This document shows positions 20,297 through 29,182 of a stretch of DNA of 33,221 nucleotides, piece after piece. The notes below the pieces were generated by a model. It saw nothing but the letters and a program-made list of their open reading frames with translations, was not told where the DNA came from and did no database searches. Source of the DNA: Chrysochromulina tobinii. Lineage: Eukaryota. How positions within the stretch are numbered: position 1 is the first letter of the stretch; each line of letters starts with the position of its first letter. The stretch spans positions 1 to 33,221 of the forward strand of contig JWZX01002530.1 of assembly GCA_001275005.1 (NCBI GenBank), read 5' to 3'. Both the position numbers and the translations under genes were made by a program.

Positions 20297-20524
20297 TCGA
20301 AAAAGCGCCACGCCGGGCGCTTTTCGGGCCGCAACAGGGCCCCCGACTGTGTCGGCAGTGTGCCGGGCTGCGGACTAGCGGCTACCGGGACAGATTTCTG
20401 TTCTTCACCGCTGAGTTGATTCGTGAGTTCATCTTTCGTCAATGATCGTCAGTCTCAGAGGACGCGTGCTCGAAACCATTCTCGGAATTATCCTAAAAGA
20501 ACGTCCGTCTTTATCGAGAGGCGA

Positions 20525-21663
20525 GCTCGAATCCAATCGCGGAACATCTGAACACAATCGCAGCTTCGCGCACTCATTCGCACGGCAAGCCAACATGCTC
20601 TCCTGCGTCCTCGCCGCCTCCCCCGCTCTGATGCTCGGCCCGGTGGCCGCGCCAGCCCTGCGCCACGCATCACCCACGATGCAGCAGACCTTCCAACGCG
20701 AGCAGGTCGGCTACGGGACCGCGACCTACACCGGCGGCGTCGTGCCCACGCGCATGGCGCCCGTCAAGGCCGACTCCACCATCCTCGTGCAGGGTGGCTC
20801 GCTGCGCACGTGGTCATACCGCTCGCCGTCCGTGGAGCAGGTGCAGGTCGTCCTCAGCACCGAGGGCCGCCCGCTCGACGCCGACATCGAGCTCTGGCAC
20901 GGCCCCGACAACACGCCCTGCAAGATGCGCGTGTACGTCGAGAACGGCCAGCTCCGCCCCTTCTCGGCGGTGATCGAGACGCCGCGCGGCCCGAACACCG
21001 TGGCCATCCGCAACATCGGCCAGATCGAGTTCCCCATCGCCGCCAACGTCGTCGCTGACCAGGTCGACAGCCCGTCCGCCGACTGCATTGCCGCATCGAC
21101 GACCATCCAGGGTGGCGCCCTGCGCACGTATCCCTTCGACCCGACCGTCGACAGCGTCCAGGTGCTGCTCAAGACCGACGGCCGCCCGCTCAACGCGCGC
21201 ATCGAGCTCCTCCAGGGCCCGAACAACAACAAGCAGGTCATCGAGCTCTACACTGAGGACGGCCTCGACCGGCCATTCTTCGCCATCCTCGAGACCCCGG
21301 GCTCGGGCAACGTCGTCCGCATCGTCAACACCGCGCCGATCGAGTTCCCCATGACCGCCGGCGTTGTACCGCACTCGATCAATACGGACATGTCCGCGGC
21401 CGACGTCGTCATCGGCGGCGACATTGGCCGCTAATGTGCAGGCCGCACGGCCGCGCCGCGCACAAGGATTGAGTCCCACACGCGCGCGCGACGATACCTT
21501 CAGATGTCTGGGCTGGCGGCCACGATCGGGATGGGGCGCGCACGCCGCGAAAGAGCATGAAGAGAGTTGCGAGCCGTGCTTCGCGGAGGAGGAGGAGGCC
21601 CGGGAGGAGAGGCCGGGCGTTCATCGTAGGAGCTGAGAGAGATGAGTCGGTCGTGCCCGTCCG
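20525..21663 (+). repeat. Left arm of a ~1.1-kb inverted duplication (gene plus UTRs)
   Basis: Aligns by eye to the reverse complement of 24980-26076, from the 5' flank GCTCGAAT(C/A)CAATCG...CACAATCGCAGCTTCGC to the 3' flank GTCGTGCCCGTCCG. Confidence 0.92.
20595..21434 (+). CDS. Uncharacterised algal protein, 279 aa, two internal repeats (QGGxLRT...GRPLxAxIELxxGPxN...ETP), probable plastid presequence; copy 1
   Basis: Strong GC3 codon bias; hydrophobic N-terminus then Ala/Pro/Arg/Ser segment ending ASPTM; two clearly homologous halves of about 100 aa. Confidence 0.9.
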   Translation: MLSCVLAASPALMLGPVAAPALRHASPTMQQTFQREQVGYGTATYTGGVVPTRMAPVKADSTILVQGGSLRTWSYRSPSVEQVQVVLSTEGRPLDADIELWHGPDNTPCKMRVYVENGQLRPFSAVIETPRGPNTVAIRNIGQIEFPIAANVVADQVDSPSADCIAASTTIQGGALRTYPFDPTVDSVQVLLKTDGRPLNARIELLQGPNNNKQVIELYTEDGLDRPFFAILETPGSGNVVRIVNTAPIEFPMTAGVVPHSINTDMSAADVVIGGDIGR

Positions 21664-22720
21664 GGTGCACGCACATTCACATATCCAATGAGCATATTGT
21701 GAGTCATGGGATCCATCTAGGCAACATAGGTCACCCAGAGAGAGTTGTACTGTACAAATCTGAGAGAGAAATTCGGACGTGTGACAGACTTTTCGCCTTT
21801 CTTCGGGGAGTGAAACACGGGTCACGCTCGCACGCGCGGCCGCCCGAAAAATCTCACGAAAACGGAAAAGTAACCGTATGTACCGTTGGATGAGGTTAGT
21901 TATCGTTATCGCCCCCCCAGTGACTGAGCACGTGATTACTCATAACATCGCGGCGCGACCGGTTCGCGCCGCGCGCGCGCGCGCTCTCGACATTTTTTCC
22001 CATGGGCATGGCAGTTGGCACACGTCGGTGTACGTTTATATTTTCGGGTGATACTTATCCGGGGAAAGAGCAAAGACGAAAGTGTTCACTTTCGTCTCAT
22101 GAACTCATCTTCCGGTGCGTCCCACCGGAGATGAATCATGGTTGTGATACATCGCATGTTCGATAACTTCAGGTTCAGCTTCATCATCGCGCATGATCGG
22201 CAAGCCCCCCTCGCCATGCCCCCCTCGCCTGACTGCGGTGGCTGCCGAGTTTATACGCTGCTCCTCGAAACATCTTGACCTACTACAATTTGTAGTTCTT
22301 TCATCGGTCTCTCCTATTCAAGAAGACTAGGATGCGACACATGCATCACCAGATGCACATGCTCTGCGAGCTCCGAAAGCATCCTTTGGAATGCCGGCAG
22401 CCTCTCGGCAAACATCGCCTCGCACCTTCCTTCTCTTCCTTCTGTACTCCTCTAATCGCTGTATGAAATATGAAGGCTCGGCACGCCGCGAGCTCCGCCT
22501 GGCGCGCCTCTCCGACAGCGCCCGTCGTCATCATCGTCATGTGGCCGCCCCTGCCATCTCGCGCCGAGCTCGCCAGGCCGTAGAGTGCTCCTCGCCATCG
22601 TATGCCATCTTTCATTGGTTCTCCTCCACTCTCCTCAACGCCATCGTGCAGGCCGATCGCCCGATCGTCCGGCGCCTGCATTCCAGGCTCCATACAGGAG
22701 ACACCCCGCGAGCAGAAGGC

Positions 22721-24382
22721 TTAGCGGGCCCAGCTCGGCGCGTCGAGATTCGCGAGCCACGCGGCCTTGGCGCTCTCAGCACCCGCGACCGGCGCGCTGT
22801 TCGGCATGAAGGCTGGCGCATAATTGGACGGGAGGCTTCGGGTAGGCACGACACGGCCGGCCGGGGCCGGCGCGTTGCTCGACCCCCATGCTGGCGCGTC
22901 GAGCTTCGCAAGCCACGCGGCTTTGGCGGCAGCCTCGTTCGTCGAGGCGCAAGCGGGCACGGCGTACGCGGGAGCGAGCGCAACCGGCGCGGGCGCCGAG
23001 GCATGCATAGCACCGAAGAACGCGTCGCGCTCTGCAAGCCATGCGGCCTTGGCAAACGCCTCAGCCGTGGTGGCGGCAGCGAGGTCCAGTTTGGCGAGCC
23101 AGGCGGCCTTAGCAGCAGCCTCACGCGTGGCAGCGGTGTCAACGGGCGCGGCATTGTATGAGAACGTGGCATCGCTGACGGGCTCAGAGTAGAGTGCGGT
23201 GGGGGTTACACGACCCTGGCCCCAGGCAGGCGTGTCGAGCTTGGCAAGCCATGCGGCCTTGGCGGCAGCCTCGCCAGCAGCGCCAGTGGTGGCGGCAGCG
23301 CGGCCCCAGGCGGGCGTGTCGAGCTTGGCGAGCCAGTCGGCCTTGGCGGCAGCCTCGCTAGTTGCGGCGGCAGCGGCGTCGATCGTGGGGGTGGCAGCGC
23401 CTGACTCGGTGACGAACGCAACGGTCTTCGGGCCCCAGGTGGGCGCATCGAGCTTGGCAAGCCATGCGGCCTTGGCGGCAGCCTCGCCAGCAGCGCCAGT
23501 GGTGGCGGCAGCGCGGCCCCAGACAGGCGTGTCGAGCTTGGCGAGCCAGGCGGCCTTGGCGGCAGCCTCGCTAGTTGCGGCGGCGGTGGCGTCGATCGTG
23601 GGCGTGGCAGCGGCCGACTCAGTGATGAACGCAACGGTCTTCGGGCCCCAGGTGGGCGCATCGAGCTTGGCAAGCCATGCGGCCTTGGCGGCAGCCTCGT
23701 TCGTGGGGGTGTGGGCGGCAGCGCGGCCCCAGACAGGCGTGTCGAGCTTGGCGAGCCAGGCGGCCTTGGCGGCAGCCTCGCTCGATGCAGCCGGTCCAGC
23801 GTAGGCGGGGGCAGCCTCAACTAGAGCAGGCGCCGAGGCACCCCTGCCCCAGGCAGGCCCATCGAGCTTTGCGAGCCAGGCGGCCTTGGCGGTTGCCTCG
23901 TTCGTGGCGGCGGCAGCGCGGCCCCAGACAGGCGTGTCGAGCTTGGCGAGCCACGCGGCCTTGGCGGCGTCTTCGCTGGGAGCAGCAGCAATCGTAGCAG
24001 CCGCCGGGGCAGGGTTCATGAAGCCGGCCTTGGTGCCCCAGCTTGGCATATCGAGCTTTGAGAGCCAGGCAGCTTTGGCGCCCACGGTGTTCATGACTAT
24101 GTCGGGCGAAGACGCCTTGCCAACAATAGTGCCCGTTATGTAGGCGGACTGCAGAACATTGGGAAGGCGGCAGCAGAGAACGTGAGTCATGGATGGCAGT
24201 CGATGACCACTCTTTGAACCGTGCCGCGCGCGTGGTGTGCAGGGCGAGATCAAGGAAAGTGTCGGCCGTCAAATCCAGCACAGTGGTGCACGAGGCAGGG
24301 TGAGGTGGGGCTGCGGGAGGGCGAGCGGTCGCGCGCGTACCGAGAGCGCGACCGTCGAAGAGCAGACGAGGAGGTGAAGCAT
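22721..24382 (-). CDS. Ala-rich repeat protein with 13 AKAAWLAKLD(xPxWG) motifs and bipartite plastid-targeting-like presequence; exons 24382-24341 and 24148-22721 (489 aa)
   Basis: Phase-0 intron GTACGC...TTCTGCAG (24340-24149) joins MLHLLVCSSTVALS to SAYITGTIVGKASSPDIVM. Motif copies counted in the translation; a 213-bp (71 aa) two-motif higher-order repeat lies at about 23230-23780. Confidence 0.88.
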
Positions 24383-24979
24383 GATGGCGACCGATCGAGG
24401 GTTTGTGATGTGCGCGAGCTTGTGCGAGCGTCTCATCTGGGAAGACTGCAAAAGCTTCCCCGATGGCGAGCGAAGATTTTGGTCGCGCTCGTCAAAAACG
24501 TCGCCGTTACGGACATATAATCGTTCCAAAGGGCGTCGCAATCGAAATCTGCGCCAGAATCTCAAAATTCATCAAAACATTCGAGATTACAACCGTCGCG
24601 GTCCGATCTCACGCGGACCAATCATTCGGGCCCCTACTATGTACAAGGACAGTATCTCTCACTCACGATCACGTGTTCTTTTCATGTGGCTTCTGTTTTC
24701 AAAGTCGTGGGACGAAAAGGATGATCGGATGTTGAGCGTGTCTTTCCGCGGTGTCGTGTTACCGCTCGTGACCTCGACTCTGACCCATTTTGCTCTGACC
24801 CTGGGGTGCGGTGTGAATTAACCGAACGTTGAAACACAAAAGTGTCACAGAGCCTTCATAAACAGTAGTAATACAGGATCACGACTCTCTGGGTGGCCTA
24901 CGTTGCCTAAACCCTAATGGAATACTGTCATGCACATGGTACAAGGATCGGAAACGGTTAATGTGCGTGGCACGTCCTT

Positions 24980-26076
24980 CGGACGGGCACGACGACTGAT
25001 CTCTCTCAGCTCCTTTGATGAACGCCCGGCCTCCTCCTCCTCCGCGGAGCACGGCTTTCACTTCTCTTTAGGCTCTTTCTCGTCGCGCGCGCCCCATCCC
25101 GATCGCGGCCGCCAGCCCAGACCTCTGAAGGAACTTGTCGCGTGTGCGGTGTGGGACACAATCCTTGTGCGCGGCCTGCACATTAGCGGCCAATGTCGCC
25201 GCCGATGACGACGTCGTCCGCGGACATGTCCGTGTTGATCGAGTGCGGGACAACGCCGGCGGTCATGGGGAACTCGATCGGCGCGGTGTTGACGATGCGG
25301 ACAACGTTGCCCGAGCCCGGGGTCTCGAGGATGGCGAAGAATGGCCGGTCGAGGCCGTCCTCTGTGTAGAGCTCGATGACCTGCTTGTTGTTGTTCGGGC
25401 CCTGGAGGAGCTCGATGCGCGCGTTGAGCGGGCGGCCGTCGGTCTTGAGCAGCACCTGCACGCTGTCGACGGTCGGGTCGAAGGGATACGTGCGCAGGGC
25501 GCCACCCTGGATGGTCGTCGAGGCGGCAATGCAGTCGGCGGACGGGCTGTCGACCTGGTCGGCGACGACGTTGGCGGCGATGGGGAACTCGATCTGACCG
25601 ATGTTGCGGATGGCCACGGTGTTCGGGCCGCGCGGCGTCTCGATCACCGCCGAGAAGGGGCGGAGCTGGCCGTTCTCGACGTACACGCGCATCTTGCAGG
25701 GCGTGTTGTCGGGGCCGTGCCAAAGCTCGATGTCGGCGTCGAGAGGGCGGCCCTCGGTGCTGAGGACGACCTGCACCTGCTCCACGGACGGCGAGCGGTA
25801 CGACCACGTGCGCAGCGAGCCACCCTGCACGAGGATGGTCGAGTCGGCCTTGACGGGCGCCTTGCGCGTGGGCACGACGCCGCCGGTGTAGGTCGCGGTG
25901 CCGTAGCCGACCTGCTCGCGCTGGAAGGTCTGCTGCATCACGGGCGATGCGTGGCGAAGGGCTGACGCGGCCACCGGGCCGAGCATAAGAGCGGGGGAGG
26001 CAGCGAGGACGCAGGAGAGCATGCTGCTGAGGCGAAGCTGCGATTGTGGTGCGATGTTCCACGATTGTATTCGAGC
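24980..26076 (-). repeat. Right arm of the ~1.1-kb inverted duplication
   Basis: Reverse-complement match to 20525-21663; CDS nearly identical, UTRs with more substitutions and indels. Confidence 0.92.
25183..26022 (-). CDS. Uncharacterised algal protein, 279 aa; copy 2 (inverted paralog of 20595-21434)
   Basis: Same length (840 nt); only 4 amino-acid differences seen (P/S and T/V in the presequence, M/K, A/D). Confidence 0.9.
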   Translation of the reverse strand: MLSCVLAASPALMLGPVAASALRHASPVMQQTFQREQVGYGTATYTGGVVPTRKAPVKADSTILVQGGSLRTWSYRSPSVEQVQVVLSTEGRPLDADIELWHGPDNTPCKMRVYVENGQLRPFSAVIETPRGPNTVAIRNIGQIEFPIAANVVADQVDSPSADCIAASTTIQGGALRTYPFDPTVDSVQVLLKTDGRPLNARIELLQGPNNNKQVIELYTEDGLDRPFFAILETPGSGNVVRIVNTAPIEFPMTAGVVPHSINTDMSADDVVIGGDIGR

Positions 26077-26706
26077 ACACATCTCCCGCTTCTCCGACTC
26101 TCTTTTTCGACGTGAGATTTTCGTCGAAAATTGAAAATCCGGTGTCGCCTAAAAACAAGCGGATGTGTTACCTGCTGACAAGCCTCTCCTTTACTGTACA
26201 AAACGTGATCGCCGTGAAGTTTTTTTGTTGGTGCAACGTGCATGTATCGGTATGGGCCCGGACACCCGATACAGCATCGAGCATGTACACGCGGCTTTCC
26301 GCCCCACGCACCCCCGTGAGCTTCTTCAGGGAAATAGGCCAATACGGCTGATATCTTATTTTGATTCGAATATAACTTTGATGGCCCGTCACGCACACCG
26401 CGCCCGAGAAGCAATCGACCTACCGCTAGCGCTACCCGCTGAGAACGGCCGCTCTGGTCTGGTGTCTGGTGAACTGTCCGCCGTCTCTCCCGCCCACAGC
26501 GCACACAGGAGCGGAAATACGACGGGACGTCCAAATGTTCTCCACACGAATGGGTGAGTGACACACCCCCAGCATGCATGCATGCGACGAGAGGGCAGAC
26601 GCATAAGCATGCCATGTGCCCATCTCCACATCTTCGTGCAACTGCGCGCGCACTGCCTCTGCGCACTGCCACTGCGTGCGCCATCCTCAACATCTGGACG
26701 CCTCTC

Positions 26707-28512
26707 TCAATCTTTGCCCCGGAGGCGCTTCCACAACCCTCGTTTCTTCTTCGTCTCTGTCGCCACTATGATCGCCGCCTTTGGCGCCGCCTCCGGCAGC
26801 GCCATCAACCGATCACTCTTGGCGAGAACCTTCTCCGCTCGCTCAATGACCGACCTCTCGTCTACCGAGAGCCCAGTCGCTTGTGCAAACTCGCTCGACG
26901 TCCATTGAGCTGGGCTCCATTTGACAGGCTCTGGCTTCGGCACAGGCTCTGGCTTCTCGTCCACTGCCAATCCCGGCGCGGCATCAAACTCCTTCTTCGC
27001 CCATGGCGCTTTGAACGGCTCTGGCTTCGGCGCACGCGTTACCTTCTCGTCCACTGCCAATCCCGGCGCGGCATCAAACTCCTTCTTCGCCCATGGCGCT
27101 TTGTAAGTCGCCTTGACGATCGGCTTAGCCGCTGGTACGTCCACTGGCTTGGCAGGCTTCGCCTTTCCTGTCGTGGGTGCCGTCACGGGCGCCGGGGCTG
27201 CCGAGGATGCCTCCGTCTCGTTGCCACCGAGCAGCACAACCGCCGCGCCAAGGGCGACTACAGATGGGATTGGGTTGAAACCGCCGCCACGTTTTTTCTC
27301 AGCGGTGGCCTTCGCCTTGGGTGCAGCCTTGGCCGGAGGGGCCTTCGCGGCGAGCCTCTTCGCTTTGATCGCGGCGGCCTTCTCCGCCTCCCGCTCCGCC
27401 TGCGCCGCCGCGCGCGCCGTCCGCTCTGCCTGCAGCTCCGCCACCCGAACTTTGTTGCGCTCCCGTGCGGCTTGGGCTTCATCGATCTTATTGCGAGCCG
27501 CTGCCAAAGGCTGCGCCGCCTTGGTCGCCTTCGGCGCTGCCGCCGCCTTTGGCGCCGCCGCCGCCTTCGGTGCCGCCGCCGCCTTTGGCGCCGCCGCCGC
27601 CTTTGGCGCTGCCGCCGCCTTTGGCGCCGCCGCCGCCTTTGGCGCCGCCGCCGCCTTTGGCGCCGCCGCCGCCTTTGGCACCGCCGCCGCCTTTGGCGCC
27701 GCCGCCGCCTTTGGCGCTGCCGCCGCCTTTGGCGCTGCCGCCGCCTTCGGCGCCGCCGCCGCCTTCGGCGCTGCCGCCGCCTTCGGTGCCGCCGCCGCCT
27801 TCGGCGCCGCCGCCGCCTTTGGCACCGCCTTCGGCGCTGCCGCCGCCTTCAACGCTTTACGGCGCGCCTCGGCCTCAAGCTTCGCTTGCTTCGCTTGCTT
27901 CGCGGCCGCCTCGCCCAGGGCCCTCTTATTGGCAGCCGCCGCATTGGCCGCTCTGGCCGCCTCATTCTCCATCGCCAACTTAGCGGCCTTGGCTGCCTCA
28001 CGCTGTGCGTCGGCTGCCCGCTTGTTCGCCAGCGCCTCGGCCTTTTGGCGCGCCGCCGTCACCTTCACCAAATCTCGTTGCGCCGTCGCACGTACCTTAG
28101 CTTCACGTTGCGCCGCCAATTCCTTCGCCTTCGCTTCCACCTTGGCCAACGCCTCCGCCTTGGCGATGGCCTGGGCCTCAGCCTTGGCGGCCTTGGCCTT
28201 GGCCTGGGCCTCGGCCTTGGCGGCGATTGCCTCGGCCTTGGCTTCCGCTTCAATTGCCTGTAACCTCGCTGTAACGGCACGTTCTTTCTCTTCTGCGAGC
28301 GCCAAGCGCTCCTTTGCACTCAACTCCGGAGACGAGATGGCAAGCAAGGTCACGGCCGGCAACTGCGGTAGTGGTGTCGCCGCGATCGCTGCCTGCTGAA
28401 CCACAGGGAACGGAGCCGTCGAAAGGAGCCCCGCGATAACGATTGAGCACAGCGAAGCGGAAGCGCGTGCGCCAGCGTCATTCCCTCTGAATGGTCTGAG
28501 CGGTGCCCTCAT
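26707..28512 (-). CDS. Ala/Lys-rich protein: hydrophobic targeting segment, coiled coil, (KAAAAP)n, single TM helix, repeated C-terminal motifs
   Basis: 601-aa ORF. LCSIVIAGLLSTAP...AAIAA (AxA-type) near the N-terminus; TM-like IPSVVALGAAVVLLGG; KAPWAKKEFDAAPGLAVDEK twice plus a variant KWSPAQWTSSEFAQATGLSVDE. Confidence 0.8.
   Translation of the reverse strand: MRAPLRPFRGNDAGARASASLCSIVIAGLLSTAPFPVVQQAAIAATPLPQLPAVTLLAISSPELSAKERLALAEEKERAVTARLQAIEAEAKAEAIAAKAEAQAKAKAAKAEAQAIAKAEALAKVEAKAKELAAQREAKVRATAQRDLVKVTAARQKAEALANKRAADAQREAAKAAKLAMENEAARAANAAAANKRALGEAAAKQAKQAKLEAEARRKALKAAAAPKAVPKAAAAPKAAAAPKAAAAPKAAAAPKAAAAPKAAAAPKAAAAPKAAAVPKAAAAPKAAAAPKAAAAPKAAAAPKAAAAPKAAAAPKAAAAPKAAAAPKATKAAQPLAAARNKIDEAQAARERNKVRVAELQAERTARAAAQAEREAEKAAAIKAKRLAAKAPPAKAAPKAKATAEKKRGGGFNPIPSVVALGAAVVLLGGNETEASSAAPAPVTAPTTGKAKPAKPVDVPAAKPIVKATYKAPWAKKEFDAAPGLAVDEKVTRAPKPEPFKAPWAKKEFDAAPGLAVDEKPEPVPKPEPVKWSPAQWTSSEFAQATGLSVDERSVIERAEKVLAKSDRLMALPEAAPKAAIIVATETKKKRGLWKRLRGKD
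27529..27850 (-). repeat. 18-bp coding minisatellite encoding about 18 KAAAAP units
   Basis: Period-18 repeat (plus strand CGCCGCCGCCTTTGGCGC-type) with synonymous variation between units. Confidence 0.95.
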
Positions 28513-28686
28513 GTGTGCGGCCTTTCGAGATAATAATTAATATCCCGAGTGGCCGCCGTTACCGGTAAAAATACACCGGGAGCCGTTACCGGTCCCGGTA
28601 AAAAGTCACCGGGGGGAGCCGGGACACACATGGGACACACACGGGACACGCGGGCGCACAAGGGCACCGGTACGTTTGACAACGTG

Positions 28687-28709
28687 TTGCTTGCTTGCTT
28701 GCTTGCTTG
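28687..28709. repeat. (TTGC)n microsatellite within an ACCGG-rich intergenic tract
   Basis: About 5.5 perfect TTGC units. Confidence 0.9.
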
Positions 28710-29182
28710 TGTTGGGGTCGGGTCAGGGTCGCCGGGACACACAGAACCTCGTACATACCGGTACCACATAAGTCATAACCGGGTGCCGGTGACATTCACA
28801 CCGGGCGGAGCCGGGAGCGGGGAGCGGCCGGCACGTTTGGATGTCGATGTGCCGGTCCACTGTACCGGTACGTACAATTGGGTACGTAGATAATCAATTG
28901 CGTAGTATGTGTACAGGGTACCCGTCCGCTTACACCAAATCAGGAGCAGTTTCTCGTACATGTACGGTATCCAGCGTTCGTTTCTGGAGTACGACTACGG
29001 GTCTAGAGCCGTCCTAGACACGAAGGGCTCCTACGAGTATACCGTACACCACAGCAAAAGAAAGCAAAAGGCGCGCAACATTATGCAGAAGGTTTGGCTT
29101 GGCTCGACTTGGCTTGCGTGCGGGCCGGACAACAATGATGTGCGCTCGTGTCCAATTGCCATGCAAACGGAATGTCGGATCT

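Noticed and set aside
22051..22296. U1 snRNA-like start ATACTTATCC and Sm-like AATTTGTAG
   Set aside because: Lacks the invariant ACTTACCTG and the U1-70K and U1A loop motifs; spacing to the Sm-like site is much longer than in typical U1.
22346..23172. ORFs 22346-22693, 22391-23161 and 22612-23172
   Set aside because: They overlap the repeat-protein gene or its 3' flank in other frames and show no independent coding signal.
24905..24918. Telomere-like CCTAAACCCTAA
   Set aside because: Only two imperfect units; expected by chance.
20525..26076. Composite transposon with long TIRs
   Set aside because: The arms are a host-type gene with its UTRs; no transposase and no target-site duplication seen.
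21851..26118. Recurring 8-mer ATCTCACG (21851, 24606, reverse at 26111) as a shared promoter motif
   Set aside because: Few copies, one also occurs in coding sequence (~2812), and none lies upstream of copy 1; too weak without statistics.
26554..28399. Arg-rich (RRRLW)n, (FGAAAA)n and poly-Pro ORFs on the plus strand
   Set aside because: Alternative-frame readings of the 18-bp KAAAAP minisatellite; unit variation is largely synonymous in the minus-strand frame.
26707..28512. Bacterial TolA or histone H1 assignment
   Set aside because: Similarity is compositional only; no TolA C-terminal domain or H1 globular domain is visible.
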